Shown here: positions 16,622 to 25,212 of the stretch, piece by piece | Layout: each line of letters begins with the position of its first letter | Position numbering within the stretch: position 1 is the stretch's first letter | Source of the DNA: a virus | Lineage: Duplodnaviria > Caudoviricetes | DNA: 34,425 nt | Reading direction: 5' to 3' (one strand) | Virus record (IMG/VR): IMGVR_UViG_3300011441_000027 | Span: 1 to 34,425 of that record | Notes under the pieces: model-generated | What the model saw: only the letters and a program-made list of their open reading frames with translations | Told to the model about the DNA's origin: nothing | Databases searched by the model: none | Translations under genes and position numbers: made by a program

Positions 16622-17122
16622 TTACGCCGACGTGCCAAGCAGCACGACTTCGTATACCACCGACGTGCTGCCTGCATCGTTGGTGAACGTGAGTAAATCT
16701 GCCGTACCACCGGCTACGACGATGCCGACGGCATCGTTGCACGCGAGCAGGAAGAAGCCGCCGGGTCGTACGGCGAGTCCATCGCTCGCCGCTAGAAACA
16801 GCGGCACGCCATTCGCCGCCGGGCGAATCACGTTTACGTTGTTGATGTTCGCGGCAGACGCGACGACGAGAATCGCCTTCAGCCTGATAAAGTTCACCGC
16901 CGCAAAGGCACCGGTCAGTGCACCGTTGAAGTCGAGGTTTTCAGTCGCACTCGCCGTGAGCGTGCGCTGATCGCTGAACAAGAGATCGACTTGTCCGAGT
17001 CCCGTGCCGCTGGTGTAGACGAGCGCGCGCGCGATGTTCGTTGCCGACTCGCGCGTGGCGAGGTCAATCGCCGACGACTCCGTCGCCTGGAATACTACTT
17101 TAATTGAGCTTGAGAGTGGCAT
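16622..17122 (-). CDS. Virion-associated beta-rich protein, 166 aa
   Basis: GAGG RBS; between tail terminator and tube; no specific motif. Confidence 0.65.
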   Translation of the reverse strand: MPLSSSIKVVFQATESSAIDLATRESATNIARALVYTSGTGLGQVDLLFSDQRTLTASATENLDFNGALTGAFAAVNFIRLKAILVVASAANINNVNVIRPAANGVPLFLAASDGLAVRPGGFFLLACNDAVGIVVAGGTADLLTFTNDAGSTSVVYEVVLLGTSA

Positions 17123-17131
17123 GTCGATTCC

Positions 17132-17581
17132 TCAGTTGAGCTTGTCTGGTGTTGCCTCAGTCGTCGAGTACGGAATCAGGTAGATCATGCGCATGACGCC
17201 TATCGGAACGTCAGCGTCGTCTAGCGTCTGCGTTGTCGTCGCTTGCAATTGCGTGGACAGTTGATGCTCGTCGAGCACGAAGTCTTGAGACATCGCGACC
17301 TCTATCTCCAGCGCGCAGGTGTCGAGCACGTCTTCGACCTCTGCGTCTTGGAGTGCGTGCACCTCGATGAATACGCTCACCTCGCGATGCAATCTGACAG
17401 GCGTCGCCAGGGTGAGGCTGGTGACTGTTTCCTCTGGCGTGTACACGCTGATGGACGGCAGCTTCTCCCGTGTCAGCGGGAAGGAGCGCGAGGGGAACAC
17501 GTTGTCGCCAGTCGACGCCAGCCCGGTGAGCTTGGCGGCGACCAGTTTGCGAATACGGGCGCGGGCGTGTTGCAGTGCCAT
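17132..17581 (-). CDS. Tail terminator (gpU-like)
   Basis: HARARIR...NVFPSR..PL...LPSISVY..EE...LD.....IE.AM; synteny. Confidence 0.75.
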   Translation of the reverse strand: MALQHARARIRKLVAAKLTGLASTGDNVFPSRSFPLTREKLPSISVYTPEETVTSLTLATPVRLHREVSVFIEVHALQDAEVEDVLDTCALEIEVAMSQDFVLDEHQLSTQLQATTTQTLDDADVPIGVMRMIYLIPYSTTEATPDKLN

Positions 17582-17582
17582 C

Positions 17583-17885
17583 TCAGCTCCGCATTATGAT
17601 TCGGGACATGCCCGTGCCGTCCTGCGTAAGGTACTTCACCGTGTATCGCTCGCCTGCCGCGTTTGACATCACCGCGCCCTCCTCGATGCGACGCGAGACG
17701 ACGTCCGACGTCCTGCACGTCAGCACGGGCTGCGTGAGCAGCACACCAGCCCTGGACGTGTTGAGATCGGACTGCAGCTCGACAGGTTGATTGTCGAAGA
17801 TCGCCCAGAGTGATCCATTGGCTGTAGACCATTCGCTGCCGAAGGCGGTTAGATACCCCAGGCGATCCTCTTCGCTTTCGATCAT
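17583..17885 (-). CDS. Head-tail joining protein (gpFII-like)
   Basis: AIFD...P.LTCRTSDV...YTV....DGTGMS.I.M. Confidence 0.72.
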   Translation of the reverse strand: MIESEEDRLGYLTAFGSEWSTANGSLWAIFDNQPVELQSDLNTSRAGVLLTQPVLTCRTSDVVSRRIEEGAVMSNAAGERYTVKYLTQDGTGMSRIIMRS

Positions 17886-18268
17886 CAGATGTATTTCTTC
17901 TTTCCGCGAAACGTCACGCCGACAACCGCTGGCCCAGTCGCGATTGTCCCGACGTACCGCAGAAACGGTTTTGTGATCCTGCCGAGTGGCACGAGAATCG
18001 TCTGCGTCAGCGGATCGTTCGCCGTGGTGACCTGCGGGAACGTCTGACCCGACAATGCGACTGGATTCGCCATGCCAGCGTCATCGCACTCCTGCAGCGC
18101 GCCATCAATCGTGCCCGCTGTCACCACGCCAACCGTCTGCGTGACTTCCAGAAAGCCTTCGTACGGCGTGATGTCGATTGCGGCGGCGCTCGTGGCAGCC
18201 GCAGTGTTGGCCGCTGCGTTGACTACGAGCAGCACCTCATAGGTTGCGCCTTCGTTGCTGAGTCCCAT
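17885..18268 (-). CDS. Putative capsid decoration/cement protein
   Basis: 127-aa beta-rich protein two genes after the MCP; ID...LQECDD...K.FLRY pattern. Confidence 0.55.
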   Translation of the reverse strand: MGLSNEGATYEVLLVVNAAANTAAATSAAAIDITPYEGFLEVTQTVGVVTAGTIDGALQECDDAGMANPVALSGQTFPQVTTANDPLTQTILVPLGRITKPFLRYVGTIATGPAVVGVTFRGKKKYI

Positions 18269-18269
18269 G

Positions 18270-18470
18270 TCACTTGCCTCCGCCTGCTGTCAGCGCTTCG
18301 GCGGTCTTCGTGGTCATCGGACCACGGCTCACCGCTGCTGACTCATCCACGTATTCCGCCTTGCCCATCGCCACGAGCTCGCGGGCGAAGCGGTCCTCCA
18401 CGTCGAGAAGGTCTCCCTTCACTCTCGGCGTCTTGCCGATGAACACTCCTCGAACAAGTTTCACTTTCAT
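18270..18470 (-). CDS. Small head-associated protein, 66 aa
   Basis: MKVKLVR...GDLLDV....ARELVAMGKAE, a common post-MCP family; AGAGGAG RBS. Confidence 0.7.
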   Translation of the reverse strand: MKVKLVRGVFIGKTPRVKGDLLDVEDRFARELVAMGKAEYVDESAAVSRGPMTTKTAEALTAGGGK

Positions 18471-18488
18471 GTCATGCGCTCCTCTTGG

Positions 18489-18516
18489 AAAAGGCGGGCG
18501 GCTCACAACCGCCCGC
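18489..18516 (-). terminator. Rho-independent terminator/attenuator after the capsid gene
   Basis: 8-bp stem GCGGGCGG/CCGCCCGC, 7-nt loop, followed by CTTTT on the minus strand (short U-tract). Confidence 0.7.
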
Positions 18517-18535
18517 TGTTGTTGTCGATGATCTC

Positions 18536-20347
18536 TCAGGTTACGTTCGTCGACGCCGAGAACGCGCCCGGATACCTGAGACCGACGTCGCAGGTATACC
18601 AGCCACGAATCGAGGTGAGGCCGCGCGTGAAGTCCGAGAACGGATTCATCATGAGCTCCAGCACGCCCCACTCGGCCAGCACGATCGTCGGCCAGCTGCC
18701 GAAGATCATCGAGCCACTCGCGAGGTTGCCGGTCGCCAGCGCCGGATAACCCGTCGCTGCGTTCTGGCCGTCGATGACGCCTTCCTCCAGCCTGCCGATC
18801 CAGACCGGCGAGTAGGTGTTGGCCGCGATCATCGTCGCCTTCATGTCCGCTGCGATCACGAAGGTCGTGACATACGCAGCGCCACCCAGGCGCAGACCGT
18901 TCGCCGTTCCAACGTCACTCTGGAATTCCAGAATGCCGGGATACGCCAGCGACGTGCCGGTGACTGCACCGATGCCGGACGTGCCGATGATGCCCTGCGG
19001 CTGCGGGGCACCAGTGCCGCGCAGAATCGCCACGTCGATGCCCGTGCCAATGTCGTCAGCGATGCTGCGCATGACCAGCGCGTCGACGCTCGGGTCACTC
19101 TGCTGCACGAGCTGATGACTGATCTCCGTGAGTGCCGCGACGTTCTTCGGCACCAAGCTGAGCTGACCGATCGTCGGCTGGCTCTCAGTGATCTGCGTGT
19201 TCTCGTCGGCGAGCCAGAACACGTTCCCGCCTGCAGTCATGCGCGGGATGGTGACGTTGCCCTTGAGTCCGCTGAGTCGCGTCGCTCCCAGGCGCAGCGC
19301 AACGGAAGAGTTGCGCAAGAGATCGATGAACGATCCCGACAGATTGTCTGTACTCACCAGGAATTGCGATCCGCTGACACCAGCGACCGTCATGTCGCGA
19401 AGGCTCAGGCCGCGCTGCGGTGCCACCTGCGCATCGTATGGCACGAAAAAGGCGTGTTCGCCACGCGGCGTGTAGCCTCTCGACATGATCGCCTTGTGGG
19501 CTTCGAGTTCGAGTCCCGCCTTGGTCCACTCGCGACTCATCGACGCGCGCAATGCACGCGTGATCGAGTAGTGAGCGACCTCGTTGCGCGTCATGCCGAG
19601 CAGCGCGGGCGTCTGCGGCTGCAGCTTGCTGCGTTCCGCCATGATCCGCACGATCTCGTCGGAGACGTCCTCCGAGCTCATGCCGCGCGTGATGAAATTG
19701 GTGACGAATCTCTCGTCGAGCTGCGCTGCACGGCACTGATTGATGATCGCCGACTTGCGTCGTGCCTCCAGCTGTTCGCCAGTGAGATTCGGAAGTTCGG
19801 CGCTTGTGCCCGCCGGGGCGTTATCACCGTCAGCCATTTGACGCTCTCCAGTTGCGGCGGATCTCGCCGTGATTGAAACAGTTACACTTGAGTTGCCTGT
19901 CGCTGTGGCACCTTCCCTGCCCATGCCGACCTCAGGGTCAGCAGGAATGCCGACGAGGCTTCCCTCCAGCGGCTCCCAGTCGGTGACGCGGTAAGTGTCA
20001 CCCGACTCGCTCTGCTTTTCCAGCACGAGTTCGTGAATTCTGTATCCGACACTCGTGTTGACGAGAATTCCGTCGTCGACATCGCGCAGCGCATCCTCCG
20101 CGCGCTCACTTCGTCCGAAGCGTGCCACCGCGCGCCCGTACTTATCCTTGTCGATCTTCGCCTTCGTGATCACGCCGACGATGTTTCTCTGATCGTGTCC
20201 GATGAGAAGCGGCGCGCGCCCGCTGGTGAGAAATGCCATGCGCACACTGCTTGGCTTGTGATCGAGAATCTCGAATCCGAACCAGCGCTCCACCGGGTTC
20301 TCGGATGAGAACGAGAATTCTCGCGTCCTGTTGTCTGCGTCAGTCAT
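18536..20347 (-). CDS. HK97-type prohead protease fused to major capsid protein, 603 aa
   Basis: LLIGHD, TSVGY, EGSLVGIPAD protease motifs, then HK97-like capsid (TIPR...W..E...L.PK...IS.QL..QS); ATG at 20347 overlaps the upstream stop. Confidence 0.92.
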   Translation of the reverse strand: MTDADNRTREFSFSSENPVERWFGFEILDHKPSSVRMAFLTSGRAPLLIGHDQRNIVGVITKAKIDKDKYGRAVARFGRSERAEDALRDVDDGILVNTSVGYRIHELVLEKQSESGDTYRVTDWEPLEGSLVGIPADPEVGMGREGATATGNSSVTVSITARSAATGERQMADGDNAPAGTSAELPNLTGEQLEARRKSAIINQCRAAQLDERFVTNFITRGMSSEDVSDEIVRIMAERSKLQPQTPALLGMTRNEVAHYSITRALRASMSREWTKAGLELEAHKAIMSRGYTPRGEHAFFVPYDAQVAPQRGLSLRDMTVAGVSGSQFLVSTDNLSGSFIDLLRNSSVALRLGATRLSGLKGNVTIPRMTAGGNVFWLADENTQITESQPTIGQLSLVPKNVAALTEISHQLVQQSDPSVDALVMRSIADDIGTGIDVAILRGTGAPQPQGIIGTSGIGAVTGTSLAYPGILEFQSDVGTANGLRLGGAAYVTTFVIAADMKATMIAANTYSPVWIGRLEEGVIDGQNAATGYPALATGNLASGSMIFGSWPTIVLAEWGVLELMMNPFSDFTRGLTSIRGWYTCDVGLRYPGAFSASTNVT

Positions 20348-20537
20348 CGGCCGACTCCTTTGCGGGTCCCACCGTGTGCAGCACACAGTCGCGCTTCGCG
20401 AATTCCTCCGCGTGTCGCTTGTGGAATGCCTGCGCTTGTTCAAGCGTCACGCCCGCCAGGGTCATGCGTCTGCCGTTCGCAAACGTCAGCGTTCCCTTTT
20501 TCGCCGTGACGTCATAGTCGAGTTTGATGTCGCTCAT
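20340..20537 (-). CDS. Hypothetical protein, 65 aa
   Basis: GAGG RBS; stop overlaps the protease start. Confidence 0.65.
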   Translation of the reverse strand: MSDIKLDYDVTAKKGTLTFANGRRMTLAGVTLEQAQAFHKRHAEEFAKRDCVLHTVGPAKESADD

Positions 20538-20546
20538 TGCTTGCCC

Positions 20547-21368
20547 TCATGCGACCAAAAGTTCCAACACATCGTTGTCGTCATCACTCCAGTCCGTTTC
20601 TCCTCTCATGGCGCAGGTATCAGCAGATTCGCGCGCGCGGAGTGTGCCGTGAATCACGCTCAACCGCACCTTGGGCCGCTCAATCAGGAGCTCCCAGCGT
20701 CCGCCACCAAGTACGTCGGATACGCCGTCGTCGCCCAGAATTGCCGTCGTGTCTGAACTTTCGGTGGCGTCGAGGATGCCCTCGACCGGTGGAAGTTCCA
20801 CGTCCCCCGAGAGTTCAGCGGCGTCCTCTAGCTCAGCTGCCGCCAGGCTGCCTGAGATGTCGACTGCTCCGATCAGCGCAGCGGAGTCCTGCGCTTCTTG
20901 CGCATCGAGTGCGCCTTCGACGACGACGTCCAGAACGTCGCCTGTCATCTCTGCTATGTCGGCACTTTCTGTCGAATCAAGCGCGCCGGACACTGCGACG
21001 CCGCCTGCAATCGCTGCGATGTCAGCGGTGTCCACCGCAGCGAGTGTGCCGCTGACCCACACCGTACCAGCAGCGGCGAGCGCGTCGACGGCTTCCGTCG
21101 CAGCGAGTGTGCCGCTCACCCATACGGTCCCGGTCGCCGCGCAGACGTCGACGGCTTCCGTCGCCGCCAGCGTGCCTGACACCCAGACCGTGCCGGTGGC
21201 AGCAGCGGTGTCCTGGGCTTCCGTCGCAGCGAGTGTGCCGCTGACCTCAGCCGCGCCAGTCTCCTCGAAAAAGTCGTCTGCTATGTCCTGCTTAACGCCG
21301 CCATTGAGTTGCTTGATCAGGGCGCCAGCGTCTAGCGTCCTGACTGCGCGCCGCCATACGTTAGCCAT
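20547..21368 (-). CDS. Acidic repeat protein (21-aa repeats), putative virion fibre/appendage
   Basis: About nine VSGTLAATEAxDxAAAxG-type units. Confidence 0.75.
   Translation of the reverse strand: MANVWRRAVRTLDAGALIKQLNGGVKQDIADDFFEETGAAEVSGTLAATEAQDTAAATGTVWVSGTLAATEAVDVCAATGTVWVSGTLAATEAVDALAAAGTVWVSGTLAAVDTADIAAIAGGVAVSGALDSTESADIAEMTGDVLDVVVEGALDAQEAQDSAALIGAVDISGSLAAAELEDAAELSGDVELPPVEGILDATESSDTTAILGDDGVSDVLGGGRWELLIERPKVRLSVIHGTLRARESADTCAMRGETDWSDDDNDVLELLVA
20600..21245 (-). repeat. Coding tandem repeat, 63-bp basic unit
   Basis: CTTCCGTCGCAGCGAGTGTGCCGCT-like blocks recur at 63-bp spacing around 21030-21245; later units diverge. Confidence 0.85.
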
Positions 21369-22149
21369 CGACGATGTCGATGAAGAGCGCCGGCAGTCCT
21401 GAAGATGTTCCCGACGGCACGTTGATCAGGAAGTAGAGCGCGGAGTCCGTGTAAATCTGCGGCAGTCCGGTCTTCAGAAAGTCGAGTGTCTCCCCCAAGC
21501 CTGCGATGGTCACTACGAGATCGCATAGGGGACGGAGCACCATGACGTTAAACGTGCCAGCAGAGGCGACGCTGCCCGTCACGTTGTTGATCTGCTGCAC
21601 TCCGGTATCGCCTGCGGCGAGCGGCAATTGCCAGCAGCGGCCCACGGTGGGTGCGGCGCCGATGCCGACTGCGCCGGTTGAACTGGACGCGCCTCCCTGA
21701 TCGTTGTACGTCACGTTGACGGCTTGGTTGCCAGTCGCCGTCGTTACCTGCTCCACCCAGATTTCCAGACCGTTGTAGACCGTGCCCGGCAGGCGCCCGG
21801 CGTATGAGGGCTGCGACGCCAGGTTGGTGTTGGCGTTGAACGCATACGCTCCGCATGCGAACAGCCTATCGAACAGCCTGAGACGCGACACCAGGCTGGA
21901 GGTGGACTGAACGCTCGACAGGTACTTCGTAGCCGATGCCGCAGTGATGACCGGATATCCAGCCGTGGCATCCGTGTGAACCAAACCGTTTGCCGTGTTG
22001 CCGATCGCGAGTGTGCCGGCACCGGGTGAGCCCGCGATGTCGAACAGCGAGAACCACGTTGCCGCAACCGTCGTGCGCGTGGTGGTCTTGAGTAGTTCTA
22101 TCTTCTGCTTGTTGGCTGCTATCCAGCCATCGAGTGTTGTAATCGCCAC
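21361..22149 (-). CDS. Putative virion structural protein, 262 aa
   Basis: MAITTLDG.IAA...L.DRL...Y.DQ.G...PLAAGDTGV; Thr/Gly/Ala-rich; in the head cluster. Confidence 0.7.
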   Translation of the reverse strand: MAITTLDGWIAANKQKIELLKTTTRTTVAATWFSLFDIAGSPGAGTLAIGNTANGLVHTDATAGYPVITAASATKYLSSVQSTSSLVSRLRLFDRLFACGAYAFNANTNLASQPSYAGRLPGTVYNGLEIWVEQVTTATGNQAVNVTYNDQGGASSSTGAVGIGAAPTVGRCWQLPLAAGDTGVQQINNVTGSVASAGTFNVMVLRPLCDLVVTIAGLGETLDFLKTGLPQIYTDSALYFLINVPSGTSSGLPALFIDIVDG

Positions 22150-22156
22150 GCCAGTT

Positions 22157-22531
22157 CTACCCGTGCGTGATCGTGCCGGCCGTGATCCGCACAGTCTGGC
22201 CGGTGGTGATGCTCACCGAGTCGAGCACAATGTTGGTTCCAGAGGTGCCGACGGTCAGACCGGTGACGACGTCCGCACTGTTGCTGTCCCTGATGCGTGC
22301 CTCCGCAGCAGTCCCCGTGCCACTCGCAGCCACGCTCAGCGGCACGCCGAGTAGCGTGAGCACACCTGATGCAATCGACGCCGACGGGTCAGCCAGCGCG
22401 ATCGTGGCGAGCACCGCTCCCATTGCTGTCGTCCCGATCTGCAGCGAGCCCGCGCCAGCTCCCGCGTCGATGGCGTCGCGCACTGCGGTCATCCGAGTGT
22501 TCCTCAGCGCTGTCGGATAAATGACTGCCAC
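22157..22531 (-). CDS. Putative virion structural protein, 124 aa
   Basis: ALRN.R...IDAG...VLA...GTGTA..ARI.D...I.LDS.SI..GQ.V.I; follows the portal. Confidence 0.72.
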   Translation of the reverse strand: MAVIYPTALRNTRMTAVRDAIDAGAGAGSLQIGTTAMGAVLATIALADPSASIASGVLTLLGVPLSVAASGTGTAAEARIRDSNSADVVTGLTVGTSGTNIVLDSVSITTGQTVRITAGTITHG

Positions 22532-24672
22532 TAGCGTCTCCTGCTGCGTTTCTTGGTGGTGACGATCTTCTCAATTCTGCCGTCGCCATCCCGTACCGGT
22601 TTTTGCTCAGTGACTTCGTACTCTGGCAGCTCGTTGATCACGGTGACCTCGGCTGGTGCTATGCGCACGTCAGGTGCGGCCACGTTCACTGTCGGCGCTG
22701 CGACATCGACTTGCACTGCCGCTGGCGAGACGGTCACGGGCGTCGGCGACACCTCAACATTGACTGCAGCGGGTGCCACGCGGATCGGCGTTGGTTGAAC
22801 GTCGACGTGAATCGCTGGTGGCTGCATCGTTATCGGCGTCGGTTCGATTGTCACGTGTACATCGGGCGCCGCCGGGACTTCAACGCGCACGTCTGGCGAT
22901 CTCACATCGTTCTGAACCGTCACGTTTGGCGCGGCTACGTGCACGATGGACGCTGGCACGTTAACCACGGTGGGCTCCAGGCGAATCGGATTCTCGATAC
23001 GCACGGGAATCTTGATATCGGGTGGCGTCACATAGTTGTTGATGATCACGGAGCGCTCGGGCTTCTCATCATCGCTGGTCTTCGCGTCCTTCGCGTCATC
23101 CTTCGCGTCGTCGTCTTCATTGCTCGCGGGCTCCGCCTTCTTTTCAGCGGGCGCGTTCTTCGCGATGTACACGGCGGGCGACGTATCGAACACTAGGCCG
23201 CGTTTGTCCATCATCTCCAGCTCCGCCTTGCGCTCGTCGAGAATCTCCTCGATGTCGCGCCCCGCTGCCGTCTGCGCTATTACATCTGTCACCGTCGTCA
23301 GGCCGCCTGCGATCGCTTCCTTGTACGCTGCGACTTCCTTGGTTGGATCAATCCACGACCAGCCGCGCGGCTTGAACAACACTTGCTCGAACTTCGACGG
23401 CTCACTCCAGTATTGCTGGCTGTCAATCTCTGGGATGCTGCGCGCTAGCATGGCTTTTGCCAGCCACGCACGGTGCAGTTCCTCGCGGAAGCTCCGGATG
23501 AACCAGAGTTGCAATGCGCGCCACGCGTCGCGGTCGTCGAGCAGCGCGAGTCGAGAGCTGGAATAGTTCGTCTGCGAGTAGTCGCCCGATCCAGAAGCGT
23601 ACGAGACTCCAATGCCAACGCAAATCTCACGAATCATGTAGCGCATGAAGGGGTCGAGCTGTGGATTCGGTGCGCTCGGCGCGCTGTCGATCCACTTCTC
23701 GCCTGGGCTCAGCTTGCCGATGATGCCAGGTTCCATGTCAAACAGCGGGTCACCGTTAGCGTCGGCGTCTTTCTCCTCCTGGGTCCGCGTGTCGAGATCG
23801 TCGACGTCTTGCGGCGTCTCGATGATGCCCATGCGGGTCGCCTGGGCACGCGCGCGAATCGCCTCAGCCTCGCTGTATCCCTCGATGTCTAGCAGGCGGC
23901 GAATCGCCGTATGCATCCACGGCTCGCCGCGCGTCTGTGGCCACCGCGTGATGATTCGCAGGTGGAAAATCTCTTCGGCTGGTACGCGGAACACGCGGTC
24001 GCTGTCGTGACCAACCCAGCGAATCTCGCCTGGGTGACGCTCGCGCAGCCAGTACGCGATCGGCTTGTAATAGCCGTTGAGCTCGACACCAAGACGAATA
24101 GTGGAGCCAGGCGACTGCGGACTGAGCGCCTGATAGTCGTCTGCGATGCGCTCGCCCTCGATGACTTCCAGCGTCAGCTGGCCGTCGGCGCGCGTGTGTT
24201 TGCGGATGATCACCTCGCCAGCGTCGAAAATCTCGAACATGGCGAGCCGCTCGATGTCGGCGAAGGTAAGAGATTCGCCGATGTGACAGGTATCCTTGCG
24301 TGTCCACCGTGCCCACGCAGCTTCAATGCCATCGTTCACGCGCTGATTGAGCGGGCCACGCATCGTGCCCACTTTTGCCTGCACGCCGATGCCCGGACCT
24401 ATGACGTTGTTTACCACCAGGCCGCGCGCGCGTTTCGCATAACTCTGATCACGAATCAGCTGTCGCGAGCGCGAGCGCAGATTCAGAATGCTGGTAAGAA
24501 GTTCGGCATCCGCGCTAGTGTTGGAGCCGCCAGCACCAGGAAGCAGACGCGAGGAGCGCGCGCTGCTGTACACGCGGGAGGCGCGCGATCGTCTGGGCGC
24601 TGGCACCGTCACAATCTTCGTCTGCTGTGTGAGCGCCGTCTGTCCGAGCGGGGTTTCGTACCAGTTACGCAC
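22531..24672 (-). CDS. Lambda-family portal protein with about 200-aa C-terminal extension
   Basis: LRSRSRQL, GVE.N....P.AYW, QTRGEPW, SGDYSQTNYSSSR, PRGWSWIDP.KE motifs. Confidence 0.93.
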   Translation of the reverse strand: MRNWYETPLGQTALTQQTKIVTVPAPRRSRASRVYSSARSSRLLPGAGGSNTSADAELLTSILNLRSRSRQLIRDQSYAKRARGLVVNNVIGPGIGVQAKVGTMRGPLNQRVNDGIEAAWARWTRKDTCHIGESLTFADIERLAMFEIFDAGEVIIRKHTRADGQLTLEVIEGERIADDYQALSPQSPGSTIRLGVELNGYYKPIAYWLRERHPGEIRWVGHDSDRVFRVPAEEIFHLRIITRWPQTRGEPWMHTAIRRLLDIEGYSEAEAIRARAQATRMGIIETPQDVDDLDTRTQEEKDADANGDPLFDMEPGIIGKLSPGEKWIDSAPSAPNPQLDPFMRYMIREICVGIGVSYASGSGDYSQTNYSSSRLALLDDRDAWRALQLWFIRSFREELHRAWLAKAMLARSIPEIDSQQYWSEPSKFEQVLFKPRGWSWIDPTKEVAAYKEAIAGGLTTVTDVIAQTAAGRDIEEILDERKAELEMMDKRGLVFDTSPAVYIAKNAPAEKKAEPASNEDDDAKDDAKDAKTSDDEKPERSVIINNYVTPPDIKIPVRIENPIRLEPTVVNVPASIVHVAAPNVTVQNDVRSPDVRVEVPAAPDVHVTIEPTPITMQPPAIHVDVQPTPIRVAPAAVNVEVSPTPVTVSPAAVQVDVAAPTVNVAAPDVRIAPAEVTVINELPEYEVTEQKPVRDGDGRIEKIVTTKKRSRRR

Positions 24673-25207
24673 GGCCTAACCTCACTTTGATGTTGCGGAT
24701 GTTGCGCCCACTGCCGCGCGCGTCTTCAGCGGCCACCAGAGACTTGAGGCGCGTTTCCCATTCGAGCAGCTCAAGCAATGGCGTGCGCTGGATCGATCGG
24801 CCTTCGATCGACATGGCGAGCTGATCGCTGGTCGCCCGATTCTTGATCGCAGCCTGCACGGCTTCTAGCAGCTGTCGCGTTGAACTGCGCGTGTCGCGGT
24901 TCCCAGGTGAGGCCGGGTTGACCTGAACCTGCAGCCAGAAACTCTCGACGCTCTCGACAACCGTGCCGTCGCTCACGCGCACGACGACGAGGTATCCGCC
25001 TGCGGCGATGCTCCCGCTTTCTGCCGCCGTCAGTGTGAAGGCATGCGCGTTGCCGTCTGCTGCCGCCGTGCTCGCAAATATTCCCTTGCTGCTCTCGCCG
25101 TACAGCGTCGCCGTCCACGTGGGAGCGGAGAAGTCGCCGTACTCGCGCGTCACGCGCACCGTGTCGCCAGCAATGATCGACCTGGGGAAAGCCGTCAACA
25201 CCCCCAT
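24665..25207 (-). CDS. Head completion protein (gpW-like C-terminus, extra N-terminal beta domain)
   Basis: Between terL and portal; MSIEGRSIQRTPL.EL motif; GGAGG RBS. Confidence 0.7.
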   Translation of the reverse strand: MGVLTAFPRSIIAGDTVRVTREYGDFSAPTWTATLYGESSKGIFASTAAADGNAHAFTLTAAESGSIAAGGYLVVVRVSDGTVVESVESFWLQVQVNPASPGNRDTRSSTRQLLEAVQAAIKNRATSDQLAMSIEGRSIQRTPLLELLEWETRLKSLVAAEDARGSGRNIRNIKVRLGRA

Positions 25208-25212
25208 GCCAA

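Noticed and set aside
18485-19876. 463-aa plus-strand ORF
   Set aside because: Antisense shadow of the capsid gene, typical of high-GC DNA; no motif
20537-21402. Plus-strand ORFs of 172 and 243 aa and a possible CRISPR-like array
   Set aside because: Antisense to the repeat protein; the repeats are in-frame 63-bp coding units without unique spacers
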